64,000 bases of DNA from Fibrobacteria bacterium (lineage in GTDB: Bacteria; Fibrobacterota; Fibrobacteria; UBA11236): positions 1-64,000 of the forward strand of contig JAYTHY010000112.1 in NCBI GenBank assembly GCA_043732185.1, read 5' to 3'. Shown here one piece after another: positions 51,093 through 60,470 of the stretch (its first letter is position 1; every line of letters begins with the position of its first letter). The position numbers and the translations under genes are program-made. The notes under the pieces were generated by a model. The model ran no database searches. It had not been told where the DNA came from and saw nothing but the letters and a program-made list of their open reading frames with translations.

Positions 51093-52844
51093 TCAAGGGG
51101 TGCTGGGAATAGAAATCTTCAGAAGTTTTGAATTTTGACGCTGGCTTTCAAAGGACAACCGAATCCAATTGGCATCCAGGATTCCGTGCGAGATGCGTAC
51201 TTCGTCCATCCAACCTTTAAAATAGGCGATGCTTTCTAAGCCATTTGGTTTGCCCAAATAGATATCGAATGTAGTGCTGTCCTCAGTTGGGCCTAAGTCG
51301 GAGTAATTCAGTCCGAGTAGAGTTCCATCAAGGTAAAATTTTCCGGGTTCGGCTACACTAGCCCAAGTGAAGGCAAGATTGTGCCATTCGTTCACACCCA
51401 CGACTTGGTCACTGACAGTATAGCCACCCGAATATGCCACAAAAGAAGGGATGAGGCCATTAACACAGCGGCCGGCTGTAATGGGCTGGTCTTTGCATTG
51501 GCCGCCAGTATTGGGTGGTAGGATATGTGTTCCATCACCAAAGTATAGGGACTTTTCCCTAGTGCTCCACAGTCCATCCGAGCTGTATTGGCCTAAGATA
51601 GTGCCACCCGGTCCAGCTACCCGAAACCAAAGTGAGATGGAAAAACTTTGCTTGGAAAGGCTCGTGACAAAATGAGGGATATGGATATAATCCGAGTCCC
51701 CGCTAAACTCCTGGCCGAGTCCAATAATTCCGTCTTTTCCACTCGCCTGAATGGAATCCATTCCATTATATCCGTGGCCGGTGGCATCGCGATAAAGGGA
51801 TGCTTGACCCACACCCGAACGGTCTTCGCGCATATGCCAAACCGCCTGAAAACCTTTGGCCGTATCAAAAACCGCTGGGCCAGCGGATTTTCCTGCGGCG
51901 AGTTTGTTGCCCCAATACATGGTTAGCCCTTGGGTTTCGCTGTTACCGTAAACCGTATCCATGGCAACCCAGATTTCCGCTTTGAGACTGTCTCTATTCC
52001 AGCGTTCGATTTCAAAGTTCAGTGGAGTACCATCCAATTTGGTGAAGCGTAGGTCCGACCCATCAACGGCTGCTTGGTTGAATGGAAAAGCTGGGCCTTC
52101 CAATCGCACTAGCATTGGAAAGGCTAACACATTATCCGGAATGTTCACTCCACGCGGTGTGGTATTTAAATTCAAATTCGCAGTATATTTCCAATTGGGA
52201 AATCCACGCGCCGTTTCCAATGTTGTTAAAGGGGTCGTTTCTCCTGGGACGACGGTAACTGTGGAAATGCTTGAAATATCGGAATCGCCCGCAACAAGAC
52301 TGGAATGCAAATTGTAGTCACCACGCGGAAGGTCTTTAATGGTGAAGCTATTGGAGCCCGGGTTCACCAGTACCAGTCTTTGCAGCCCCTCTACCTGAAC
52401 ATAAACGGGACCGGCAATTTCCCCTTTGGCATGAATAAGGCCGGTGACGGCACCCAACAGATCCAAGGTATCGAGGTGGATTTTGCTTGGTTTTTCCGTG
52501 ACGTCAAAGCGCCAAACTAAACCGACATGACCATTATTGGCTTCCAGAACATAGGAGCCAGTGGGCAAGGAATCCAATTTGAAATTGCCTTTTCCATCTG
52601 TTACTCCATCCCATGAAAAGGCCGCGGTCTTACCTAGATAAGGATTGGGAGCTGATTGCAAATAGCCTTTATTGCGCACGCGCACAGGCACATAGGCTGC
52701 CGAAGAACCATCCGTAAAGACTAAGGATGCAGACAAGGCATTTCCTGTTCCGGTTCCAGATCCACCATTCGACGGAGACTCAAAGCAGCCGAACACCAAC
52801 AGGGACAGGGCCGCGCTTAGCAGTGCTGTCCAACGCATCGTCAT
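51093..52844 (-). CDS. Lipoprotein: tandem prealbumin-like domains + DUF2341 + LamG/ConA-like domain
   Basis: Lipobox LVFGC then GGSGTGTGN; FPMLVRL..DGSDLRF..L.FEIERW..AEIWV..MYWG; WHNLAFT..FKGWMDEVRIS. Confidence 0.88.
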   Translation of the reverse strand: MTMRWTALLSAALSLLVFGCFESPSNGGSGTGTGNALSASLVFTDGSSAAYVPVRVRNKGYLQSAPNPYLGKTAAFSWDGVTDGKGNFKLDSLPTGSYVLEANNGHVGLVWRFDVTEKPSKIHLDTLDLLGAVTGLIHAKGEIAGPVYVQVEGLQRLVLVNPGSNSFTIKDLPRGDYNLHSSLVAGDSDISSISTVTVVPGETTPLTTLETARGFPNWKYTANLNLNTTPRGVNIPDNVLAFPMLVRLEGPAFPFNQAAVDGSDLRFTKLDGTPLNFEIERWNRDSLKAEIWVAMDTVYGNSETQGLTMYWGNKLAAGKSAGPAVFDTAKGFQAVWHMREDRSGVGQASLYRDATGHGYNGMDSIQASGKDGIIGLGQEFSGDSDYIHIPHFVTSLSKQSFSISLWFRVAGPGGTILGQYSSDGLWSTREKSLYFGDGTHILPPNTGGQCKDQPITAGRCVNGLIPSFVAYSGGYTVSDQVVGVNEWHNLAFTWASVAEPGKFYLDGTLLGLNYSDLGPTEDSTTFDIYLGKPNGLESIAYFKGWMDEVRISHGILDANWIRLSFESQRQNSKLLKISIPSTP

Positions 52845-53677
52845 GGTTCGGTCTCCAAAGGCATTTTGGAAACCGGGAAAAGCTGAAAATTCAATTGATA
52901 CACTCTATCATCTTGTCGATCCAGTTTGACCATTTGCAGCAACTCTTCACGGAAATCCTGAATACGCTTTTTAATTTGGTCGAAGCCCTTTTCAGAAATT
53001 CTCATTGTAACGGATGAAATTTCCCGGGCATGGGGTTCCACAGTATCAATGGACGCCTTCCCAAGATCGCTCATTTTTTTATGGAAGTTGCGTACCGCCA
53101 ATGACTGCACTTCTCGGTCCGTGTTGATCAAATCTGAAGTTTGCTCCATCCTGCCAGCTTTATTTATCCTGAGCAATTCCAAATCATGCAGCAGCTTTAG
53201 GGACTTCTTTACCTCTTTAGGAAGGATAGGTGGCGAAACCGACTCTGCAATGGTTTTAAGGTCGAGCTTGGCGGACTGGTACTTTACAATTTCACGTAAA
53301 ACCGGGTTGTACCATTTGTCGTAGTAATTGAATTTATCGGTGTGAATATTGACGATTTGGGATTTGGATCGGAAAGCTGCAATCAGGGCAAAAAAATAAT
53401 TCTTCTCGACATCGGATTTGGCCTGGTCGAAAAAAACGAGATAGGAAAAATATTGACCTTCTTTTTTACGTAGACCAAGGCCTGCTGAAATTTTTACCAG
53501 GCTATCTTTCCCGAGATTGCGCTTGCCTTGCATGACGAGCATTAAATAATTAGAAGAGACAAACCCCATTTGCTTCGCCATGGCGCGATACGTATATCCA
53601 TCATCTTTCGCCTTACGGAATTGATAATATTCGGTTAGAAAAAGCCGATAATCCAGAAAGTCAAAGATGGGTTTCAT
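52841..53677 (-). CDS. TIGR02147 family protein (HTH + DUF4423)
   Basis: IFDFLDYR.FL, V..GKRNL, YY..WY.PVLRE, VRNFH, REIS..T, VYQLNFQLFP. Confidence 0.92.
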   Translation of the reverse strand: MKPIFDFLDYRLFLTEYYQFRKAKDDGYTYRAMAKQMGFVSSNYLMLVMQGKRNLGKDSLVKISAGLGLRKKEGQYFSYLVFFDQAKSDVEKNYFFALIAAFRSKSQIVNIHTDKFNYYDKWYNPVLREIVKYQSAKLDLKTIAESVSPPILPKEVKKSLKLLHDLELLRINKAGRMEQTSDLINTDREVQSLAVRNFHKKMSDLGKASIDTVEPHAREISSVTMRISEKGFDQIKKRIQDFREELLQMVKLDRQDDRVYQLNFQLFPVSKMPLETEP

Positions 53678-53893
53678 GTTTTATTTATCAAATCTGGAAC
53701 ACACGCCTTCATTTTCCCCTAAATATACTCATTGGAGAGTTTCCGAGTTAACCAATTAATCTCCACAGTTGGAGCTATTTGAGATATAGGATTTGGGAAT
53801 TTGGGGGCATAACACTGCCCCTGTTCAATTCGAGCGTGAAAATAAGCTGGTTTAAGCGGAACACAAAGGGAGGTGCCCGCTAGATTTCAATGT

Positions 53894-55285
53894 CTACTCC
53901 AATACCAATTTTTGTAGGCGCGTTTCCGACTTGGATTTAAACTGCACCAAATAGATCCCTTTAGCCAAAGGACCGTAATTAAAGGTCACCGGGTTTTTGT
54001 TGGAGGTCGATGAAGTCAGTAGTTTTCCCGTGGTGGAATATACCGCCAATTCACTCGGACCCTCTTTATGAAAAAAGGTTACAGTATGTTCCCTTAGGTT
54101 TTTGGTCATCCGATAGGACTCAGCCGGGGAATCCTGCTCCAATGTGCTAACGCCGGAGCAGCTAGTCGTTCCATTCTTAGTCTGTGTACTGAGCCAGGCA
54201 ACGCTGTCGATGGAATTCTGGTCCGCCCAAGTCACTACCGGTGCCGGAAGGTTACACATTCTGTTATAACCTATTTCCATGCCATACAACCCGTTCAAGG
54301 CGATAATCGAGGGAGGCAAATCAGTAATTTGATTTCTCGATAAAATCAACCGTTTCATCGCCGTTAACTTATTGATTTCAGTGGGAATGGTGGTGATTTG
54401 ATTTCCTTTAAGATTGAGCTCGGTCAGCTGAGTCATGCTCCAAAGAACGGAAGGCAAGGTAGTGATTTGGTTGTTGGCCAATAATAACTTGGTTAATTTC
54501 AATGCGCCTGAAATTTGCGTGGGAATGGCCGTAATTTTATTTCCTGAAAGATCCAATACAGTTAGCACAGTTCGAGTTGAAATAGTTGCAGGAATGCTGG
54601 TGATCAGGTTGTTCGCCAATTCCAAAGTCCAAAGCTGAGTGAAATTGAAAATGCCTGCGGGGATTTCCATAAGTTTATTGTCGCTTAGGTGTAAAATATT
54701 CAGATTTGCAATTCCACCGATTTCTACCGGAAGGGAGCTGATAACATTGTGGCTCAAGTCCAGGGTGTGAAAATATCCATTATCCAGTTGCTGAATTTCC
54801 TTTGGTACGGTAGTCAGTTTGTTTCCAGAAAGGGTTAACGCTTCGAGGGCGGTCCAGTTTCCAATGGTAGAAGGCACAGACGTAAGTGCGTTTCGATCTA
54901 GGGACACGATCTTGGTGGTATTTGCTCCCCAATTGCCTATTTCCGCGGGCAAGGTGGTTAGAAGCTTGTTATCCGTTATGACCACATTCCGGACGATATT
55001 AATCAACCCAATTGCAGCAGGTAAAGTGGTTATTTTAGTAAACCGAATGGTGAGGTCATGCAGCACCACTAGGCGGCCAATGTCGGCCGGAATAGTTGTA
55101 ATGTTGGAGTCCAGTATATTTAAAACCGTCACGCGGCCAGAAAGATTTGTTGCATCAGCCGGTTTAGGCCGGTTATTTGCCGCGAAAATGGCGGACACGG
55201 CGGCATCATCACAAGCTCGGTCTCCGCAGGCTTGACCGAATGAGGCACCCATGGCCAAAAGCATAATGGATAAAAGTATTTTCAT
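53894..55285 (-). CDS. Secreted leucine-rich repeat protein with T9SS-like CTD (paralog of 47711-49117)
   Basis: Signal peptide, CGDRACD cap, 13 LRRs, CTD VYSTTGK...KGIYLVQF. Confidence 0.9.
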   Translation of the reverse strand: MKILLSIMLLAMGASFGQACGDRACDDAAVSAIFAANNRPKPADATNLSGRVTVLNILDSNITTIPADIGRLVVLHDLTIRFTKITTLPAAIGLINIVRNVVITDNKLLTTLPAEIGNWGANTTKIVSLDRNALTSVPSTIGNWTALEALTLSGNKLTTVPKEIQQLDNGYFHTLDLSHNVISSLPVEIGGIANLNILHLSDNKLMEIPAGIFNFTQLWTLELANNLITSIPATISTRTVLTVLDLSGNKITAIPTQISGALKLTKLLLANNQITTLPSVLWSMTQLTELNLKGNQITTIPTEINKLTAMKRLILSRNQITDLPPSIIALNGLYGMEIGYNRMCNLPAPVVTWADQNSIDSVAWLSTQTKNGTTSCSGVSTLEQDSPAESYRMTKNLREHTVTFFHKEGPSELAVYSTTGKLLTSSTSNKNPVTFNYGPLAKGIYLVQFKSKSETRLQKLVLE

Positions 55286-55541
55286 GGCATCACCTTATTG
55301 TTGAATAGAAAAAAATCGCTCGGAATGAACCAAAGCTTGAATTCAGATTTGTTAAAAATACACCGGCTGTTCAAATTATGCTTATGGATTTCGAGAATTT
55401 ATTTGAGGAAATAATCGAATTAGTTAAAAAATTAAGAGGAAAAGAGATGTGAAATTGGGGGTAAGGTAATATATTCCAATTTATCTCCCTGCCAAAAGGG
55501 ATTAGAGGCTTTGAGTCTGTGTTCTAAACAAAGGGGTTTTC

Positions 55542-56711
55542 ATGAGTTTAAGTCATTTTTTGAAGCTGCGTGTGGTCCTTGTCGCAGCAATCCTCGGCTT
55601 CGCATCCGTTAGCTCGGGGCAGATCATTCGCGATGGGCAAAAAGTCCCTAAACTGAAAAAGGTGTTTGTGCTATCCAATGGCGGCCCGACTCATTGGCAT
55701 GAAACCGTAGCGCAGGGTGCCGAACTTGTAAAGTATTTCGGCCTCGGTAACAATCCTGACAGCCATTCGTTTGAAGTGTTTGATACCCCATCTCCTGCAG
55801 ATATAACTGCCGCGAATTTGAAGGGTGTCCAGTGCTTGGTTATGAACAATGTCTCTGGAGTTGGAGTCCTTTTGAATGCATCTCAAAAGGCGGTCATACA
55901 GGCGTTTATAACTGCGGGTGGCGGAACCGCCGGATGGCATGCCACGACCGATACAGGTGGACCCGGATCCTGGCCTTGGTTCATAAACTGGATCAGCACA
56001 ACTTATGTGGGCAGCGCAAATTGGGTACCTGCAACTATGACTCGCTCGACTTTATCTCACGATGCCAAGTACGCGGATATCATGGGTAAGATTCCGGATT
56101 CCTTTTTGATGGAATCCGAGGAATGGTATCAGTACGCGAATCCGGCTCCGGAAGACAACGTCAACAATAAAGTGCTGCTAAGTGTCGATCCCAAGATGGT
56201 CAGCTCCACACATAAAACCCTTCCCTATGTTTGGATCAATGACAGTGAAATGGGTGGTCGCTTTTGGGAATCCGGATTTGGCCATCTGCAAACCATTCTA
56301 GCACGAGCTGACGTGCAGGAAATGATTTATCGTGGAATTACCTGGGCCGGTGGGGGCTGGGACTTGGCTGGTTGTATGACCAAAGCCGCCACAAATTACA
56401 ATTCTGCCGCAACCGTTGCGTGTACCAATTGCTGCCAGGGTGTTACTGGGATTGAGATTCAGAGTAACTCGGAACTCCATGCTAAAGATGTTGATTTCTC
56501 GGAGAAACTGGCAGTGGATTTTTCGGTCACAATCAATGGAGCAGGCAAACATACCATACGCATTTATGATGTTGGTGGTAAACTGGTTGCCATGAAACAA
56601 AACAACCATCCAATGCGTTATGAGTTTCCAGAGGTGGCCAAAGCTGGAATCTACTTCGTGAAGGTGACAACAGCCAATAAGACTGTAACGAAAAGAGTTG
56701 AGCGCTTCTAA
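55542..56711 (+). CDS. Secreted ThuA-like domain protein with T9SS-like CTD
   Basis: HWHET, GGG..GWH...D, EEWY, PYVW..GGRFW..GFGH, GITWA; CTD IYDVGGK...GIYFVKV. Confidence 0.85.
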   Translation: MSLSHFLKLRVVLVAAILGFASVSSGQIIRDGQKVPKLKKVFVLSNGGPTHWHETVAQGAELVKYFGLGNNPDSHSFEVFDTPSPADITAANLKGVQCLVMNNVSGVGVLLNASQKAVIQAFITAGGGTAGWHATTDTGGPGSWPWFINWISTTYVGSANWVPATMTRSTLSHDAKYADIMGKIPDSFLMESEEWYQYANPAPEDNVNNKVLLSVDPKMVSSTHKTLPYVWINDSEMGGRFWESGFGHLQTILARADVQEMIYRGITWAGGGWDLAGCMTKAATNYNSAATVACTNCCQGVTGIEIQSNSELHAKDVDFSEKLAVDFSVTINGAGKHTIRIYDVGGKLVAMKQNNHPMRYEFPEVAKAGIYFVKVTTANKTVTKRVERF

Positions 56712-56732
56712 TTGGAAGTTTAATTTTTTGAG

Positions 56733-56765
56733 AAGGGAGGGCGAATAGCCCTCCCTTGTTGTTTG
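56733..56765 (+). terminator. Stem-loop (terminator or stabiliser) after the ThuA gene
   Basis: AAGGGAGGGC-gaata-GCCCTCCCTT followed by GTTGTTT. Confidence 0.7.
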
Positions 56766-56814
56766 AATTCATAGATTTGAAACCAGATTTCAGAAACAGA
56801 ATAAGGGATGACAT

Positions 56815-58563
56815 ATGTTTTTTAAAGGACAAGTTGCCGTAATAGCTGGCTTATTTTCTGTCTATTCTGCTTGGGCAGAATTGGATGTCAAACGGGAGCC
56901 GTTAAAAACGGGTGCGGCATGGGAGTTCGGCCAAGTCATCAAGGGCAAGGATCGAGACGAAGTAATCGCGGACGTAAAGGCCGCCCCTTTCAGCCGTTTA
57001 GGCGTCTCCTTGACGCAAAGCCTAGTAGCAAACAATGATTTTGAAATGTCGGTTGGCGTTGGTGGTATTTTTTGGAATCCTTTCCCCAATCGAGCTTCTG
57101 CGGCATTCACCGTAAATACCCAGTTTGGTCCTGGTATTACTCAAGCCACCGGGAAATACCATTTTGGTCTTGAGGAGAAGAAGAACTTTTACCTGCAATT
57201 TGGCTTCTTTCCAATGAAATACAACAAAGATGCCGCAAATCTTGGAGAATATCTCTTTCGTTCCTCTACGTATCCCGGCTTGGTTTTCACCGGTGGCCCG
57301 GGGAGCTGGAGTTTTGTTAATGGGGCATTCTATATGGCGCAAGGCGCTCGATTGCATTGGGACGCCTTTGATGGCAAGCTCGCCCAAGATTTGACCCTTT
57401 TCTTTGAAAGGGATTATGCGCCCATGTTCGATTTGACCCCGAGCTATATCGTCACTTTTAAACCTTGGGAAGCCTTACAACTCGGAGCCGGGGCATCCTA
57501 CAACCACTTGATCCCCATGAAACCCAGCAGGGTAAGGCCCAAGCGCGATGCAAATCACCTTGTCACTTTTGAAGGGCTCCCCGCAAATAGTGCGGTGTAC
57601 TCCGTAAACAGTTCTTCCGGTGTGGCGGTACTAGACACTGTAAGGCCGGCTTTTGCAGGGGGACATCTTCAGGGGATGTGGCAAGACCTGCAGGAATATG
57701 CGTATACCGACTCTGCCGGCCTTGATATTTTAAAGGCTAAGCGGTATGAAAATTCCCTTTGGACACCGAATATGGATGCGTCCTTACACTATTTAACTCA
57801 AGATTCAAAGCCGACGGCTAAGAAGTATTTCGATCAGGTTCGGGGTACTTATTTAGCTGCGGACAGTGTCCCCACAGTTAATGAAAATCTCTGGTGGGAT
57901 AAAGTCAATAAAAAATTCGTAGTAGAATCCTCGGTAACAAAGGGAAGCCCGAACTTTGATTCCTTAGGCGTGAAGGAATATGTGCGCTCCACCGAAGATC
58001 AGTATCTCGATGGGCCGTATGTCCATCCCCGAGAGGATTATTATTTCACTTACCAAGGCATCAAAATGATGTTTATGGCCTCACTGGATTTCAAATCCTT
58101 GCTTGGAAATCCAAAAATATTTGGCCCCGAGGATCTCAAGATATTTGGCGAATTGGGGGTTTTGGGTTTGCAAAATCAGCCATTGTTCTACACGGATGTA
58201 AAACAACGGGCCCCTTTGATGTTCGGAATGAACCTACCCGCATTCAAAATGCTTGATTTGGTCTCGTTGCAGTTTGAGTACTATAACAATCCTTGGCCCA
58301 ATGACAGCCGGAATTTGGTCTATAGCCTGCTCCCAACTTACGACTTGGTTGGTAAAAAAGCCGAAACCTTTAAACCCATCCATGCTGATGACTGGCACTG
58401 GTCCTTGTTGACCAAGAAAAAATGGGCGTATGGCATGATTTACCTACAGGTGGCCAGCGATTATTTGAGGACAAATACCTACACCTCAGTCCCTACTTTT
58501 TTACCGATTACCGACCGCTTTAAACAGTGGTATTATGCGGCACGTTTTGAAATTGGGATATAG
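56815..58563 (+). CDS. Putative outer-membrane beta-barrel protein of unknown family
   Basis: Signal peptide; alternating aromatic/hydrophobic strands; GFFPMKYN.DA.NLGEYLFRS motif; C-terminal WYYAARFEIGI strand; no CTD. Confidence 0.7.
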   Translation: MFFKGQVAVIAGLFSVYSAWAELDVKREPLKTGAAWEFGQVIKGKDRDEVIADVKAAPFSRLGVSLTQSLVANNDFEMSVGVGGIFWNPFPNRASAAFTVNTQFGPGITQATGKYHFGLEEKKNFYLQFGFFPMKYNKDAANLGEYLFRSSTYPGLVFTGGPGSWSFVNGAFYMAQGARLHWDAFDGKLAQDLTLFFERDYAPMFDLTPSYIVTFKPWEALQLGAGASYNHLIPMKPSRVRPKRDANHLVTFEGLPANSAVYSVNSSSGVAVLDTVRPAFAGGHLQGMWQDLQEYAYTDSAGLDILKAKRYENSLWTPNMDASLHYLTQDSKPTAKKYFDQVRGTYLAADSVPTVNENLWWDKVNKKFVVESSVTKGSPNFDSLGVKEYVRSTEDQYLDGPYVHPREDYYFTYQGIKMMFMASLDFKSLLGNPKIFGPEDLKIFGELGVLGLQNQPLFYTDVKQRAPLMFGMNLPAFKMLDLVSLQFEYYNNPWPNDSRNLVYSLLPTYDLVGKKAETFKPIHADDWHWSLLTKKKWAYGMIYLQVASDYLRTNTYTSVPTFLPITDRFKQWYYAARFEIGI

Positions 58564-58605
58564 ATTATAGCCAAAAGTGCCCAGTCCATTTTAGGGGAGA
58601 ATTCC

Positions 58606-60378
58606 ATGCGTTCAAAACGATTTCATTCCACAGCATTGTGGTTGGGTTTAGGTTTGCAGTTAGCGGCTACTGCAGCCTTCTCGCAGGTTAAGTTTTCCTT
58701 CTCAAGCTTGGCGCATCCCGGCTTTGATAATTACGACATTCTGCCTCCTACATGGGTAGTGGACCAGGAAAACGTCAATTCGATCGGTGCCATCGCGTTA
58801 CTGCCGGATGGCCGCATGGTCACAACAGTTTATAAAGGAGGCGCCAGCGCCACCAACAGAAATGGTCAAGCTTTCATTCTTTCCGGTGTTGTGACTGGGA
58901 CGAAGCGATCCGATATTACGGTAACTCCCTTAACCGGTGGGTTGCGTGAGCCCCTTGGTGTTGCTGTGGTAAACGGTGCCATTTATGTGGTTGAAAAGGA
59001 TCGGCTGGGCAAATTCTCTCCCAACGGAGCGAACTGGACCTATTCCGTTGAATATGACAAAGCCAATCCAGTGGGTGTCAAAGACTTCTACCATTGGTTT
59101 TCCATGGGACTTGTTTACTATCAAGGCAAATTCAACTGGACGTTGGGGGGATTCACCCAATACAGTGAATTTGTGGATCCTGAGCCCCAAAAACACGGCA
59201 CTTGGGTTCAATACGATCCCGTCACCAAAACTCACGAGTTTTTGGTGCACGGGCTTCGCAATACAGGAGGAACGGCATTAGGCCCTGAAGGCACCATTTG
59301 CACCACTGACAATCAAGGCGAGTGGGAACCATCAGATAAATTTATCTGTATGGAAAAAGGTTTATGGTATGGCTGGGATGGCCCTGCTTCACTAACCAAG
59401 TTGCCGGGCCAAGTTGAGAGCCCTCCAACTGCTTGGGGCGCACATGATGAAATCACCAATTCCTTAGGTCAATCTGTTTTGATTCCCAAGGGAAAATACG
59501 CGGGTCAAATGTTTGTAACGGATTTGAACAATGGTGTTGTCAATCGAGTCTTTATGGAAAAAGTCAATGGGCATTGGCAGGGCGCGTTCACCTTTTTAAC
59601 CGGTGGTTTTAAAGCCGGCGTTTATCGCATTCTTTTGACTCCGGATAGTACAAATCTAATCTTAGCTGGAGTGGGAGGTTGGGGTGGATGGCGTTACCTT
59701 GATAACGCACCAGCCTATGCATGCCTTCATAAATTGGTACCGAATAACAAGCCTGTTTTAGAAATTCTTGCAGTTCGTTCTTTGAGCAACACCAAAATGG
59801 AAGTGGAATTTACCGAACCTGTAAATCCATCCGCTGCCCTTGGAGCTGGATATAAGATTACCAGCTGGAAAAACATCGCGAACTCCGGTTACGGTGGGGG
59901 TCGAAACTCCCTTCCCCTGACGCACACGGTTACAAACGTCAGCCTTTCTGCCGATAATTTAAGAGCTACACTTACCATTTCAGGATTGGAAGCGGGTCGA
60001 ATTGTCCGCGTCTTTGTAAATCCATCAGTCAAGGCCCTGAGTGGGGATACGCTATGGTTCAAATATTCCGATTACACCATGAACAATTTTGGCCCCGCCG
60101 AGGTTGTCTCCCTTAAACGCATGCTAGGTGGCAATGAGGTTAAGCCGTTCCTGTATGGCCTACACAAAAACCGAAATGGCGTGGAGCTGAAAATGGCTAC
60201 AGCCGGAAGCTATTCCGTTGAAACCTGGAACATGCAGGGAGTGCGGTTGGGAAGCATCCGTAAAGAGGGCCCGTTCAACCTGACCCTAACGCGGGAATCT
60301 TTAGGGACTGGCGTTTATATGCTGCACATCCAAAATCAGGCCGGAGAGACTGTTTCGGAAAAGATTTCGATGCTTTAG
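58606..60378 (+). CDS. Secreted beta-propeller protein (sugar/sorbosone dehydrogenase-like fold) + Ig-like domain + T9SS-like CTD, paralog 1
   Basis: LPDGRM, GLREPLG, GLRN..G, TDNQGEW.P, GQMFV.D, WQGA.F, MEVEFTEPV; CTD GVYML. Confidence 0.8.
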   Translation: MRSKRFHSTALWLGLGLQLAATAAFSQVKFSFSSLAHPGFDNYDILPPTWVVDQENVNSIGAIALLPDGRMVTTVYKGGASATNRNGQAFILSGVVTGTKRSDITVTPLTGGLREPLGVAVVNGAIYVVEKDRLGKFSPNGANWTYSVEYDKANPVGVKDFYHWFSMGLVYYQGKFNWTLGGFTQYSEFVDPEPQKHGTWVQYDPVTKTHEFLVHGLRNTGGTALGPEGTICTTDNQGEWEPSDKFICMEKGLWYGWDGPASLTKLPGQVESPPTAWGAHDEITNSLGQSVLIPKGKYAGQMFVTDLNNGVVNRVFMEKVNGHWQGAFTFLTGGFKAGVYRILLTPDSTNLILAGVGGWGGWRYLDNAPAYACLHKLVPNNKPVLEILAVRSLSNTKMEVEFTEPVNPSAALGAGYKITSWKNIANSGYGGGRNSLPLTHTVTNVSLSADNLRATLTISGLEAGRIVRVFVNPSVKALSGDTLWFKYSDYTMNNFGPAEVVSLKRMLGGNEVKPFLYGLHKNRNGVELKMATAGSYSVETWNMQGVRLGSIRKEGPFNLTLTRESLGTGVYMLHIQNQAGETVSEKISML

Positions 60379-60470
60379 GCACCACTGAAAAAAGTGGTAT
60401 TGTACAGCCTAGATTGAATTTGGGATATAGATTTAGGTCTATAGTCTAATTTTTCTAGGGGGCGAAGCTT

